Source: a bacterium
GTDB taxonomy: Bacteria > Chloroflexota > Dormibacteria > Aeolococcales > Bog-877
Reading direction: 5' to 3'
Length of the DNA stretch: 64,000 bases
Assembly (NCBI GenBank): GCA_021802045.1
Contig: JAKABB010000003.1
Span: 2,630-66,629, forward strand
In this document: one piece after another, positions 17,149-26,599 of the stretch
Layout of the letters: each line of letters opens with the position of its first letter
How positions within the stretch are numbered: the first letter of the stretch is position 1
The notes under the pieces: model-generated
The model's input: only the letters and a program-made list of their open reading frames with translations
Told to the model about the DNA's origin: nothing
The model's database searches: none
Made by a program: the position numbers and the translations under genes

Positions 17149-19043
17149 GCCGCACGGAGTCCTCCGGCGGTCGCGGCGTACGACGGCACCGCAGTGCGAA
17201 TCTCCTCCAAGACAGCCGCTGGCGCGGTCGGAGCCGGCCGTGCCGCCCCCAAGCACGCCCCTAGGCCTGCCAGAAGTCCAACCTCCGACGGCACCGCGAT
17301 GTTGGGATGGACCGCGATCCGAACGGTCTGGACCCGTCCTTCGCTGCTGGTCACCGTCCCGGCCTTCTCCGCGATGGTCCGCCCCGGTAGAACCACTCCC
17401 GCGTGCCGCCAGAACGCGTCCCGCACCGGCGTGATCGCGATCAATAGTTGCACGGCCGCACAGGCCCGGTCCAGATCCGCACCCGCCTCGACCGCTGGAT
17501 TCGGGCCCACCGCCAGAAGGGCGCGAATTTCACCACTCTGGCACCCCTCAAGGATGCCACGCCCATGCAGCCCGACCTCGGCCGTCGCAACATACCCGGG
17601 CCTGTAGTTCGGCAAGAGCCCAAGGTCCTTGCAACCTCTGCCATTTACGCCGACCGTGATCGTGAGACGACCCACCGATGCGCCCGAGGCCACGGCGATG
17701 GCCGCTACCTGTGCAGCCAGCCCGCGATCACGCTCGTGGCTGATCACGCCAACGCGGCTGGCCCCGGCGATCCTCCTCGCTGCCTCCCCCGCCTCAATGT
17801 CTCCCGGGACACGACTGACTCTGCGCCCACTCTTGCGCTCCGCCTTGTACAGTCGAAGTGTCAGCACTGGGGCGGTCGCCTCCGCCTGTTCCCCGACCAC
17901 CAGTATGGCATCGCACGCCTCGATCTCCTCTATGCCAAGGCTGAACTCTGCCGGCGACAGGTCGGTCCACGGGAGCAATTGGTGGTCGACGTGAGGTGTG
18001 CCGATGACCTCGCGGGCCAGCCACTGGAGGACAAAGGCCTCCTCGTTCGTCATCAGGGGCGTCCCTAGCACTGCCACCCTCTCACGTCCGTGCTCGCTGA
18101 TGACTGAGGCTAGGGCTGTGGCTGCAGCCTCGATGGCCTCACTGTAGGCCATTGACCGGCCGGGGCCGCCCAGTCGCACTTCAGGGCTTCGCACCCGATC
18201 CGCCCGGTTGAGGTCGCCCGATCCGTACCGGCCCCTGTCGCAGAGCCAGCCGTCATCGACCTCCGGCTTGTCACTGCTCGCGAAACGAACCACCTCCGTT
18301 TCCCGAGTGTCGATGTTGAGATTGCACCCATAACTGCACCCTGGGCACACGCTCGGCGTTCGCCTCAGGTCCCAGGGTCGGGCGCGGAAGCGGTATTGCG
18401 CGTGGGTGAGCGCCCCCACCGGGCACACCTCGGGGAGGTTGCCCTGAAACATGGACTGCAAGGGCCGTCCCTCGAACGGAGCCACCACGGTGTGCACGCC
18501 ACGCTCCTGCAGCACAAGCTCCTTCTCCCCGGTCACCTCATCGTAGTAGCGCGTGCAGCGCCAGCATAGGATGCAGCGCTCTTGGTCGAGCACAATCTTG
18601 TCGGACAGGCGTACCGCCTTATTGAAGTGGACCTTTGTCGTAATCGCTCGCCTGGTCCGGCCAGGCCCGTACCGCAAGGCGAAGTCCTGGAGATCGCACT
18701 CGCCGCCGCGGTCGCACACGGGGCAGTCGAGTGGATGATTGAGGAGCAGGAACTCGAGGTTGCCCTCGCGAAACTCCCGCACCTTCTCCGTCCGTGTACG
18801 CACCTCCATCCCATCGCTCGCGACTGTGGCGCAGGCCGGCTGAAGCTTGGGCAGAGTGCCGATCTCCACCAGGCACATCCGGCACACGGCCACCGGATCC
18901 AGCTTCTTGTGGGCGCAATAGACCGGTACAAAGACCCCGGCCTTCTCGCACGCGTCCCAGACGAGCGTCCCCACCGGTACCTGGACGGGGCGGCCATCCA
19001 CGATCACAGTGATCAGTTCCGGCGATCTTGCCACATCTGTCAT
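17130..19043 (-). CDS. nuoG: NADH-quinone oxidoreductase subunit G
   Basis: The N-terminal 2Fe-2S/4Fe-4S region carries CRMCLVE, HPLDCPVCDRGGECDLQD and CILCWRCTRYC-type motifs, followed by a molybdopterin-like domain. Confidence 0.92.
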   Translation of the reverse strand: MTDVARSPELITVIVDGRPVQVPVGTLVWDACEKAGVFVPVYCAHKKLDPVAVCRMCLVEIGTLPKLQPACATVASDGMEVRTRTEKVREFREGNLEFLLLNHPLDCPVCDRGGECDLQDFALRYGPGRTRRAITTKVHFNKAVRLSDKIVLDQERCILCWRCTRYYDEVTGEKELVLQERGVHTVVAPFEGRPLQSMFQGNLPEVCPVGALTHAQYRFRARPWDLRRTPSVCPGCSYGCNLNIDTRETEVVRFASSDKPEVDDGWLCDRGRYGSGDLNRADRVRSPEVRLGGPGRSMAYSEAIEAAATALASVISEHGRERVAVLGTPLMTNEEAFVLQWLAREVIGTPHVDHQLLPWTDLSPAEFSLGIEEIEACDAILVVGEQAEATAPVLTLRLYKAERKSGRRVSRVPGDIEAGEAARRIAGASRVGVISHERDRGLAAQVAAIAVASGASVGRLTITVGVNGRGCKDLGLLPNYRPGYVATAEVGLHGRGILEGCQSGEIRALLAVGPNPAVEAGADLDRACAAVQLLIAITPVRDAFWRHAGVVLPGRTIAEKAGTVTSSEGRVQTVRIAVHPNIAVPSEVGLLAGLGACLGAARPAPTAPAAVLEEIRTAVPSYAATAGGLRAAWGKLR

Positions 19044-19062
19044 CCTGCTCGAGTCCTAGCCA

Positions 19063-20346
19063 TCACGCGGCGGCTGGCCGCGCGGCACGCACCGGGCAGC
19101 GCCCCGCTCCGCAGTGCGCCAGGAACTCATCGGGGAACATGCGGTAGGCCGACATCACGAACCAGGTGGCGGTGTCCCCCAACGGGCAAAAGCACCGGCC
19201 ATCCATATTGGCGCAGATGTCGCTCAGCGTCGCCAGCTCGGACTCGGACGCGATGCCCGCCTCCAACCGGTGCATCAGCTGGCTCTCGAAGTAGGTTCCC
19301 TCGCGACAGGGAGCACACTTCCCACAGGACTCATGGTGGTAGAAGTCCACCAGCCTCTTGGCGACGTCGACCAGGCACGTTGTCTGGTCCATGACCACCA
19401 GCGCCCCTGCCCCGAGCGACGAGCCGGCGTCGGCCACCGCCTTGAAATCGAGGGGAACATCGAGGTGCTGCGGACCGAGGATCTGCATCGATCCACCGCC
19501 GGGCTGCATGGCCTTCAGCGCTCGGCCCTTCCAGACACCCCCGGCCTTCTGGAGGAGGTCTCTGAAGGTCGTGGTCCCCATGGGGACCTCATAGTTGCCC
19601 GGGCGTTCGACGTGCCCACTGACGCAAAACACGCGAGTTCCGGGGCTCGCCGCTGTGCCACGCTGGGCGTATGCGGCTCCTCCTTCCAGAACAATGAACG
19701 GCAGGTTGGAAAGGGTCTCGACGTTGTTGACAACCGTCGGGCTCCCGTAGAGGCCACGGATTGCCGGAAACGGCGGCTTCAGGCGGGGCTGACCCCGCAG
19801 CCCCTCAAGGGAGTCGATGAGGGCAGTCTCCTCTCCGCAGATGTAGGCCCCGGCACCGCCATGTACGATCACCTCACAATCCCATTCCGTGCCCAGGATG
19901 CCTCGGCCGGCCAGTCCCGCCTCATAGGCTTCGGCCACGCAGCGGTCCAACAACTCCCGCTGGGCACGGTACTCGCCCCGGATGTAGATGAAGGCGTGCG
20001 ACACGCGGAGGGTGAACGCCGCAATCAGCACCCCTTCAAGTAACTGGTGCGGAAGCTCATCGATCAGGTAGCGGTCCTTGAAGCAGCCAGGTTCTGACTC
20101 GTCGGCGTTGACGCAGAGGTAGCGGGGAAACACGTCCCGGGGCAGAAAGGACCACTTGGTACCGGTCGGGAACCCAGCGCCGCCGCGGCCCCGCAGTCCA
20201 GAGCTCTTCACCTCGTCGATGATCTGCTCCGGCGTCAGGGTTACAGCCTTGCGAAGCCCCAGGTAGCCGCCAACTCTCTCATAGCCCTCGAGGGTGGTCA
20301 CCCCGGGCCGCCCCACCAGCCGGGTGAGGACCAGGTCATCAGCCAC
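19063..20346 (-). CDS. nuoF: NADH-quinone oxidoreductase subunit F (NADH/FMN-binding)
   Basis: Motifs GLRGRGGAGFPTG, CVNADESEPG and ESCGKCAPCREG are present. Confidence 0.95.
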   Translation of the reverse strand: MADDLVLTRLVGRPGVTTLEGYERVGGYLGLRKAVTLTPEQIIDEVKSSGLRGRGGAGFPTGTKWSFLPRDVFPRYLCVNADESEPGCFKDRYLIDELPHQLLEGVLIAAFTLRVSHAFIYIRGEYRAQRELLDRCVAEAYEAGLAGRGILGTEWDCEVIVHGGAGAYICGEETALIDSLEGLRGQPRLKPPFPAIRGLYGSPTVVNNVETLSNLPFIVLEGGAAYAQRGTAASPGTRVFCVSGHVERPGNYEVPMGTTTFRDLLQKAGGVWKGRALKAMQPGGGSMQILGPQHLDVPLDFKAVADAGSSLGAGALVVMDQTTCLVDVAKRLVDFYHHESCGKCAPCREGTYFESQLMHRLEAGIASESELATLSDICANMDGRCFCPLGDTATWFVMSAYRMFPDEFLAHCGAGRCPVRAARPAAA

Positions 20347-20907
20347 CTACGAGCGCCCCCCCGGCCCGCCGTCACGGCCTGGCTCCACCGGCGGAGCAGC
20401 ACGCAGGGCGGCAATGATGTTGTCACAGCGGTCGGGGGTGAGATCCTCGTAGGAGTAGCGGTCCACCTGCATCATCGGGGCACCTCCGCATCCCCCGAGG
20501 CACTCCACCGTCCCCTCCAGGGTGAAGAGCCCGTCGGCCGTCGTTGCGCCGTCCTCCACCCCGAGGACCCGGCCCAGATGGGCAAGGATCCCATCGGCGC
20601 CGCGGAGCGCGCATGAAACGTTGCGGCACACCTGGACGAAGTGCTGCCCCGGCTTGTGGGAGAAGTACATCGAGTAGAAGGAAGAGACGGCAGCCACTTC
20701 GGATGGCACCAGTTCGAGCTCTTCGGCCACGGCCGCCACGGCGGCCGACGGAAGGTAGCCGAATTGGTCCTGCACCGCCCAGAGGGCCGGGAGCACGGCT
20801 GACCGTCGGGAAGGATAGCGAGCAGCCACGGCCCGCACCCGGGCCAGGGTGGCGGGACTCAAGAGCCCCGGCTCCGCCGTTGGCGTGGAGGGTGGCTCTT
20901 CAGGCAT
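20347..20907 (-). CDS. nuoE: NADH-quinone oxidoreductase subunit E
   Basis: The thioredoxin-like 2Fe-2S subunit pattern is present (RSAVLPALWAVQDQFGYL, CRNVSC, CLGGCGGAPMMQV). The gene is immediately adjacent to nuoF. Confidence 0.93.
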   Translation of the reverse strand: MPEEPPSTPTAEPGLLSPATLARVRAVAARYPSRRSAVLPALWAVQDQFGYLPSAAVAAVAEELELVPSEVAAVSSFYSMYFSHKPGQHFVQVCRNVSCALRGADGILAHLGRVLGVEDGATTADGLFTLEGTVECLGGCGGAPMMQVDRYSYEDLTPDRCDNIIAALRAAPPVEPGRDGGPGGRS

Positions 20908-21127
20908 CGACCCGAGATCGGAGAAGCGCGAGGTCCTGCGTCCCTAGCAGGGGATCCGGCCCACTGCCGGGGAGGAGGCATCCGCGCTCACGGGGCTGCT
21001 CAGTCATGCTTGCCGTCACTCTACCAAGGCGGTCCGGGGTGACGAGGGGCATGACCCCACATCGACCGCCGGCCCGATGGTCCCCCCGCGCCGACACGGG
21101 GGTACCCCGTTTCTGGAGGATAGGCCG

Positions 21128-22609
21128 GTGGCACCCACCCCTGACGTTCCCCCGGGAGTTCACCCAGATCGGCCGGGCAGGCGGCCCCGGAGGCTGCGGC
21201 CCCCGAGACGCCCTGCCCTCCGCCGCTTCCTCAGATCCCCGACCATCAGGAACAACCTCTACTACCTCCTCGGCATCGGCGGCTCCGGGGCCGGAGTGCT
21301 GATCGCACAGGCGTACGCCGCACACTTCCTCGGTCCGACCGCGAATGGGGTCTCGACCGCGATCCTGGCGCTCCTCAACCTCCTCTACACGGTCACCTTC
21401 ATCGTCGCCGCCTCCACCGCCCGGCGGGTGTCACAAGCGTTGAGCCAGGCGCCGGAGGCGGAGGTGCTCTGGCCGGCCGTCAGGGCCAGGGCCTGGCGGC
21501 TGGGGATCGTTCTGGGCGCCTCCACTGTGCCCGCCGTTCCCCTCCTGGCCATGGTTCTGCACCTCCAGAACATGGCGCTCCTTCTCGTCGTCATCGTCGC
21601 GGGGCCACTGGCCGCTCTCGGGGGCGCCCAGCGAGGCTTCCTCCAAGGGACCCGAGACTTCCGACGGCTGGCCACCAACTTCCTCCTCTACGGCGGCCTC
21701 ATGGTCGCAGTTACGGTGGCCCTACTCCACCTCGGCCTCGGAGCCGCCAGCGCCCCCATCGGGTCGGTGGCGGGCGCCACCGCCGCAGCGATCTACCCAC
21801 GCCACCGACGACTGTCCTCGGCGATGGCCAGCCTCCCAACCAGCTCCCATGGGTGGACCACTGCCATGGCGGTCGTGGCCGGCGCGGCTACAGCCCCTCT
21901 CTTCAACAACTTCGACGTCATCGCCGCCAAGCACGTGCTCCCGCCTCACCAGGCCGGCCTCTACGCCGGGCTGTCACTGATGGGCAAGATCGTCTTCTTC
22001 GGCACCAGCAGCCTGGCGGCGGTCATGTATCCGCGTGTGGCGGCGACGTCGGACCCACTAGTACAGCGGCACCTGCTGCGCCAGGCGGCGACGGCCCTCG
22101 CGACCCTCGATGCGATCGCCCTGCTCGGATACACCGTGCTCGCCGCCCCCCTCTTGCGCGTTGTCCTGGGGCCCGCCTACGCGGGCGACGCCCGCCTGCT
22201 CACACTCTTCACCCTTGGCGTTATCGCGCTGACCGTTGTCAACCTGCTGGTCTACTACGCCATGGCCGTAGGAGCGCGTCGCTTTGCCCTAGCGCCAGCC
22301 CTCGGCATCCCTCTCCTGGCGGACTGGCTCTTCACCTCGCCACCAGCCGTGCGCGAGTTCGTGCCACGGATCGCGCTGGCACTGGGCCTGCTGGCGGTGG
22401 TTGAACTCGCGCTGGTGGGACCTCTGCTGCGCTCGTCGCCACACCGTCAGCGGTCAGACCGGCCGACGGCAGCGCCGCCGAATCCTGACGCCCGTCCCCT
22501 AGCGGTCGACGTCACCGAGGATGATGTCGATGCTGCCAACCACAGCGACGGCATCCGCCAGCAACTCCCCGATGACCATCTCCGAGAGAGCGGACAGATT
22601 GCTGAATGA
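21128..22609 (+). CDS. MOP-superfamily (Wzx/'polysaccharide biosynthesis protein') oligosaccharide flippase
   Basis: The sequence is a hydrophobic protein with ~12-14 TM segments and an N-terminus typical of the family (LRSPTIRNNLYYLLGIGGSGAG..; AGLYAGLSLMGKIVFFGTSSLAAVMYPRVA). The GTG at 21128 follows a GGAGGA SD. An alternative ATG lies at 21077. The 3' 111 nt run antisense to the end of nuoD. Confidence 0.75.
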   Translation: MAPTPDVPPGVHPDRPGRRPRRLRPPRRPALRRFLRSPTIRNNLYYLLGIGGSGAGVLIAQAYAAHFLGPTANGVSTAILALLNLLYTVTFIVAASTARRVSQALSQAPEAEVLWPAVRARAWRLGIVLGASTVPAVPLLAMVLHLQNMALLLVVIVAGPLAALGGAQRGFLQGTRDFRRLATNFLLYGGLMVAVTVALLHLGLGAASAPIGSVAGATAAAIYPRHRRLSSAMASLPTSSHGWTTAMAVVAGAATAPLFNNFDVIAAKHVLPPHQAGLYAGLSLMGKIVFFGTSSLAAVMYPRVAATSDPLVQRHLLRQAATALATLDAIALLGYTVLAAPLLRVVLGPAYAGDARLLTLFTLGVIALTVVNLLVYYAMAVGARRFALAPALGIPLLADWLFTSPPAVREFVPRIALALGLLAVVELALVGPLLRSSPHRQRSDRPTAAPPNPDARPLAVDVTEDDVDAANHSDGIRQQLPDDHLRESGQIAE

Positions 22610-23785
22610 CGGGGCGCGGACCTTGCAGCGGTACGGCCGGTTGCCGCCGTCGCTCGTCATGAAGAATCCAAGCTCTCCCCGAGCGCTCTCGGTGGCCACG
22701 TAACAGCCGCCCGGCTCCGGGCGGAACCCCTCCGTCGTCAGCTTGAAGTGATGAATCAGCGATTCCATGGAGGTATCGATCTCGCTCCGAGGCGGCAGGC
22801 TGACCTTGCGGTCCGAGGTGTTGACGGCGCCGCCCGGCAGACCGTCGATGGCCTGCTCGACAATACGGCAGGCCTCCCGCATCTCCCGCACTCGGACCAA
22901 GTAGCGATCGTACACATCGCCGTTGATGCCCACCGGCACTTCGAAGTCGAACTGTTCATAGCCGGAGTAAGGCGCTGCCTTGCGCACGTCATACGGAACG
23001 CCTGAACCTCGAAGGGTCGCCCCCGAACAGCCATAGGCCAGGGCCCTGGCAGCATCGATCCTGCCCAGTCCAATGGTCCGCTGGCGCCAGATGGGGTTGC
23101 TGGTCAGGAGGCCCTCGTACTCATCAACCCGATGGGGGAAGTCCTCGATGAATTCACGAACCATGCCCTCGAACTCGACGGGGACATCCGCCATCACGCC
23201 GCCCACCCGGATGAAGCTGGTCATCATGCGGACCCCGGATATCCACTCCATGATGTCCAGAATGCGATCGCGCTCCCGCCAGCAGTACATGAAAACCGTC
23301 GTGGCCCCCAAGTCCAGGGCATGCGTGCCAAGCCAGATCAGATGGCTGGCAATACGGCTGAGTTCGGCAATAATCACTCGCAGGTATTGGCCCCGCGGGG
23401 GAATCTCGATCCCCAGCAACTTCTCCGTCGCCAGGGCAAATCCGAGGTTGTTCATCGGAGGCGCCAGGTAATCCATGCGGTCCGTGAGCGTAATGCACTG
23501 CTGGTATGTGTGTGACTCGAAACTCTTTTCGAACCCCGTGTGCAGGTACCCAATGTCCGGCACGCAGCCTCGAATACGCTCACCGTCGAGGGTCAGCACC
23601 AAACGCAGCACGCCGTGCGTACTGGGGTGCTGAGGGCCCATGTTGATCTCCATGAGCTCTTCGGTGGCTTCAATCTTGTCCAGGAACGAACCCTCGCCGC
23701 CCGGATGGATGCGAGGGATTCCCTCCTGCGCGGGCACGGCGTCCGTCGGCAGCCCGGTACCAGGCGGTCGACGCCGGTCGGCCAT
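22499..23785 (-). CDS. nuoD: NADH-quinone oxidoreductase subunit D
   Basis: Motifs MEINMGPQHPSTHGVLRL and the C-terminal VVGSIDIILGDVDR are present. The ATG overlaps the nuoC stop. Confidence 0.95.
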   Translation of the reverse strand: MADRRRPPGTGLPTDAVPAQEGIPRIHPGGEGSFLDKIEATEELMEINMGPQHPSTHGVLRLVLTLDGERIRGCVPDIGYLHTGFEKSFESHTYQQCITLTDRMDYLAPPMNNLGFALATEKLLGIEIPPRGQYLRVIIAELSRIASHLIWLGTHALDLGATTVFMYCWRERDRILDIMEWISGVRMMTSFIRVGGVMADVPVEFEGMVREFIEDFPHRVDEYEGLLTSNPIWRQRTIGLGRIDAARALAYGCSGATLRGSGVPYDVRKAAPYSGYEQFDFEVPVGINGDVYDRYLVRVREMREACRIVEQAIDGLPGGAVNTSDRKVSLPPRSEIDTSMESLIHHFKLTTEGFRPEPGGCYVATESARGELGFFMTSDGGNRPYRCKVRAPSFSNLSALSEMVIGELLADAVAVVGSIDIILGDVDR

Positions 23786-24309
23786 CAGGCTCGCTCCACC
23801 GAACCCCGGGTAGCCCCAGGGATGTGCTCAGGGCGGTCTTGCGGCGAAAGAGCCCACTCCATGTTGTGTGTGAAGGCGACGGGCTCCCCGAACGACACAT
23901 AGTCCTTGCGCAGGGGATGCCCCTCCCAGTCGTCCGGGAGGAGGATGCGCCGGAGATCCGGATGGCTGCCAAAGCGGAGCCCGAAAAGATCGAAACACTC
24001 CCGCTCGTGCCACTCCATCCCCGAGAACAGACCGGCCAGACTCGGCACTTCCTGGTCCTCCCCGACATGCACCGTGATCCGGGTCACGTCGTTGCGGAAC
24101 AGGGAACGCAACACATAGACGACCTCGAAACGCTCATCCCGCTCCGGCCAGTCAACACACGTCATGAATACGGGCATCTCGTATCGCCCGTCCGGATCAT
24201 CTCGCAGGAGCCGGGCCACTTCGACCAACCGCTGCACGGGGACCTGAATGCTGACCTGACCGTGCTCCACGACAGCGGCGACGATCGCTTCCGGGAGGTG
24301 GCGGGCCAC
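23785..24309 (-). CDS. nuoC: NADH-quinone oxidoreductase subunit C
   Basis: Motifs GMEWHERECFDLFGLRFGSHPDLRRILLPDDWEGHPLRKDY are present. The start is uncertain. I chose GTG 24309 (..ARHLPEAIVAAV..). Alternatives are TTG 24312 and CTG 24369 just after nuoB. The track ORF start at 24549 lies inside nuoB. Confidence 0.85.
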   Translation of the reverse strand: MARHLPEAIVAAVVEHGQVSIQVPVQRLVEVARLLRDDPDGRYEMPVFMTCVDWPERDERFEVVYVLRSLFRNDVTRITVHVGEDQEVPSLAGLFSGMEWHERECFDLFGLRFGSHPDLRRILLPDDWEGHPLRKDYVSFGEPVAFTHNMEWALSPQDRPEHIPGATRGSVERA

Positions 24310-24373
24310 CAACGCGTGGGCAGGGGCGCCCGTCGCAGTGGCGGGAGGCGTAGGGGTGGTCGAGTTCAGGAGT

Positions 24374-24910
24374 TCATCCTCTGAGACTGGTGGGAGCCTC
24401 GGCAGCGATCTTTTGCTGCAGCTTGATGACGGCGTCGAGCAATCCCTCTGGTCGCGGGGGGCACCCTGGGATGTACACATCGACGGGAACGACCTTGTCG
24501 ACCCCCTGAATGATCGCGTAGTTGTTGAAGATACCGCCGCAGGAGGCACAAGCGCCCATCGAAATGACCCACTTCGGGTCAGGCATCTGGTCGTAAATCT
24601 GACGAAGCACCGGACCCATCTTCTGCGAGACCCGGCCGGCCACCACCATCACGTCGGACTGCCTTGGCGACGCGCGGAACACCTCGGCGCCGAACCGTGA
24701 CAGGTCGAAGCGAGCGTTGCTCGCGCCCATCATCTCGATGGCGCAACAGGCGAGGCCAAACAGCGCCGGCCATAGGGAGGAGTACCTCCCCCAGGCGATG
24801 ACCTTGCCGACCGTGGTGGTGAGCACCCCCGCCCTGGCCGCCGCCTCCGCCAGTTCCTGCTCTCCGGGCCAAGCCCCGGGGATGGCCGGGACCTCAGAGG
24901 CTCCCGCCAT
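24374..24910 (-). CDS. nuoB: NADH-quinone oxidoreductase subunit B
   Basis: Motifs [26 protein letters not shown] and [10 protein letters not shown] are present. I chose the ATG at 24910. An alternative GTG at 24994 overlaps the nuoA end. The 670-aa track ORF is an artefactual upstream extension. Confidence 0.92.
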   Translation of the reverse strand: MAGASEVPAIPGAWPGEQELAEAAARAGVLTTTVGKVIAWGRYSSLWPALFGLACCAIEMMGASNARFDLSRFGAEVFRASPRQSDVMVVAGRVSQKMGPVLRQIYDQMPDPKWVISMGACASCGGIFNNYAIIQGVDKVVPVDVYIPGCPPRPEGLLDAVIKLQQKIAAEAPTSLRG

Positions 24911-24984
24911 CCCCGCAACCCAGAGTGCGTCCGACCCCCTGTCGAGCCTCGCTGAGTCCGGGGTTCGGAGGGGCAGGTCCGAAG

Positions 24985-25344
24985 TCAGTCCCACTCCAAG
25001 GCCCCCTTGCGCCAGACATACGCGAGCCCCACCGCGAGCAGGGCGATGAAGACCAGCATCTCGATGAGCCCGAACAGGTGGAGGGTGCTCCGCAGGAGGA
25101 CCGCCCACGGGTAGAGGAACACGGCCTCGACGTCGAATACGATGAAGAGCATGGCTGTCAGGTAGAACGTGACCGCGAAGCGTCGTCGAGCGCTGGCCGA
25201 CGGCACGATGCCGCACTCGTACGGCAGCCCCTTCGCCTTGGTTGGGTGCCGGGGGCCCAGCAGGTTCGAGGCCGCCGTGATCCCCACGCCAAAGGCGAGG
25301 ACGATCGCTAGGAAGACGAGGAGCGGGATGTAGGCACTCAGCAT
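24985..25344 (-). CDS. nuoA: NADH-quinone oxidoreductase subunit A
   Basis: This ~119-aa protein has three TM segments and the motifs PYECGI and [16 protein letters not shown] chose the ATG at 25344. The track start at 25347 is a TTG codon. Confidence 0.9.
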   Translation of the reverse strand: MLSAYIPLLVFLAIVLAFGVGITAASNLLGPRHPTKAKGLPYECGIVPSASARRRFAVTFYLTAMLFIVFDVEAVFLYPWAVLLRSTLHLFGLIEMLVFIALLAVGLAYVWRKGALEWD

Positions 25345-25352
25345 CAAGGATC

Positions 25353-25358
25353 AGTCTA
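25353..25358 (-). promoter_or_regulatory. Candidate -10 hexamer (TAGACT) for the nuoA transcript, possibly leaderless
   Basis: On the minus strand the sequence reads TAGACT gatccttg ATG. No SD lies between the hexamer and the start, and there is no convincing -35. Confidence 0.25.
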
Positions 25359-25450
25359 CCAAGCGGCCCGGCCTTGGCATCCGGACCCCAGGACGGACCT
25401 GCGGCGGCCGAGCACCCCGCCGGTGGTCGCGATATGCTGCGAGTTCGCGC

Positions 25451-25523
25451 GCGGGAGTAGCTCAGCTGGTAGAGCGCTAGCCTTCCAAGCTGGATGTCGC
25501 GGGTTCGAGTCCCGTCTCCCGCT
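25451..25523 (+). tRNA. tRNA-Gly (anticodon TCC)
   Basis: I folded the cloverleaf by hand. The acceptor stem is gcgggag/ctcccgc and the D arm is gctc-agctggta-gagc. The anticodon arm is ctagc-cTTCCaa-gctgg and the T arm is gcggg-ttcgagt-cccgt. The length is 73 nt and no CCA is encoded. Confidence 0.9.
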
Positions 25524-26599
25524 CCCCCGGAGCCTCGCGCGGTCAGGAAGCCGAGTTCGCCCGCCGCCCGACCCGCGAGGCGGGGGCGGCACTCCCGCTC
25601 GGCCTGGCCCCGCCCGCTACCCGTCCGGTCCGGTCGCGGCCTAGGCGCGGAGGTGGGGCGGCGCCCAAAGGCCCGCTGGGAAGAGGCTCGGGACTGAGGA
25701 TGGCGGTCCGCCGGGCGGTGTCGGGTCATGGCGGGCCGCACAAGCGAGGTGTGGCGCCGTGCGGCACCAGCAGCGGGAGCCAAAGCCTGCGGGGAGGGAC
25801 ACCTGGAGCGGGGCCGAGGACGCGCCGGGTCCGAGCGGAGACATGCCCTGCGCGACGCTGCCTGACCCTGCTGCCCACGCCGCCCGGGCAGCGACGGCCG
25901 GGCGCGCGGAACCCAGGGCGACGGGCTCAGCCCCCACGTGGCGTTCGACGCCGGCGGCCCGGCCACCACCTGGGGTCGCCCGCACACCCAGCAGGGCAGA
26001 CCCGAAGCGGCGGGGGGGATGGCCCGTCTCCGCGGCCCGGGGACAGGCGGCGGGATGGACACGGCCCGGCGCCGAGAACCAGCAGGATGGCGGGCGGCCG
26101 GGATCCCCTGCTCCGCCCCGGGGGCCCGTTCGCCCGCGCGCCTGACCGGAGCGGGCTGCGGGCACGCCCCTCCCCTGCCCCACCCCTCGGCACCCCGGTC
26201 GCCACGTTCGCTCCGCATGCCCGAGTGACGGCCACCGCCGGGCAGAGCGACCGCGATGCCCCCCTTCTCTTGGCCCCTACCCAACCGCGGGCAGCCCGCG
26301 CCGGTCTCACCGACCCGCGCTCGCTGGGTCCACCAGTTCCTGCCCGAGGTGGAGACTGCCTCGACTTGAGGCGCCTCCCGCACCATGGACCGATCAGGAT
26401 GGGACGGACGGCGGAAGGCGAGCGCGGCCGGCGGGTACGGCTGAGCCGTCCCTCAGGCCGGCGCCCCTACCGGAGGTCGACAATGCCCGCTCCAGGCGGT
26501 GCGCCGCCCCACCGAGAATCCGTGGCAAGGCCCAGCACCGGCCCAAGCTCAGACCGGCCGGCGGCCCCAACTCATCTACGCAGTCCTCACCTCATCGCC

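Noticed and set aside
20900-21010. A 35-codon uORF (MTEQPRERGCLL..) whose stop overlaps nuoE codons 2-3, which could be a coupling leader peptide
   Set aside because: It has no SD, its third-position GC is only moderate, and I see nothing suggesting conservation. It is part of a larger spurious 141-aa ORF. I could not support it as a feature.
22499-22609. Convergent 3' overlaps (flippase/nuoD 111 nt, membrane protein/GGDEF-EAL 31 nt at 55416-55446, Rrf2/rdgB 56 nt at 59650-59705) as a deliberate antisense regulatory design
   Set aside because: The overlapping tails are Pro/Ala/Arg-rich and disordered-looking. They are most simply explained by late stop codons in stop-poor DNA. They are noted in the features but not promoted as a mechanism.
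26020-26040. A partial match (cccgtctcc) to the 3' end of tRNA-Gly, which could be an att-site duplication marking an integrated element
   Set aside because: Only ~9-11 nt match, which is expected by chance in this composition. No integrase or other mobile-element gene lies between the tRNA and the match.
24374-26386. A 670-aa minus-strand ORF that could be read as a giant N-terminally extended NuoB
   Set aside because: Only the last ~178 residues are NuoB-like. The upstream part runs across nuoA in a different frame and antisense through tRNA-Gly, and it translates to Arg/Pro/Gly-rich nonsense. It is a consequence of stop-codon scarcity.
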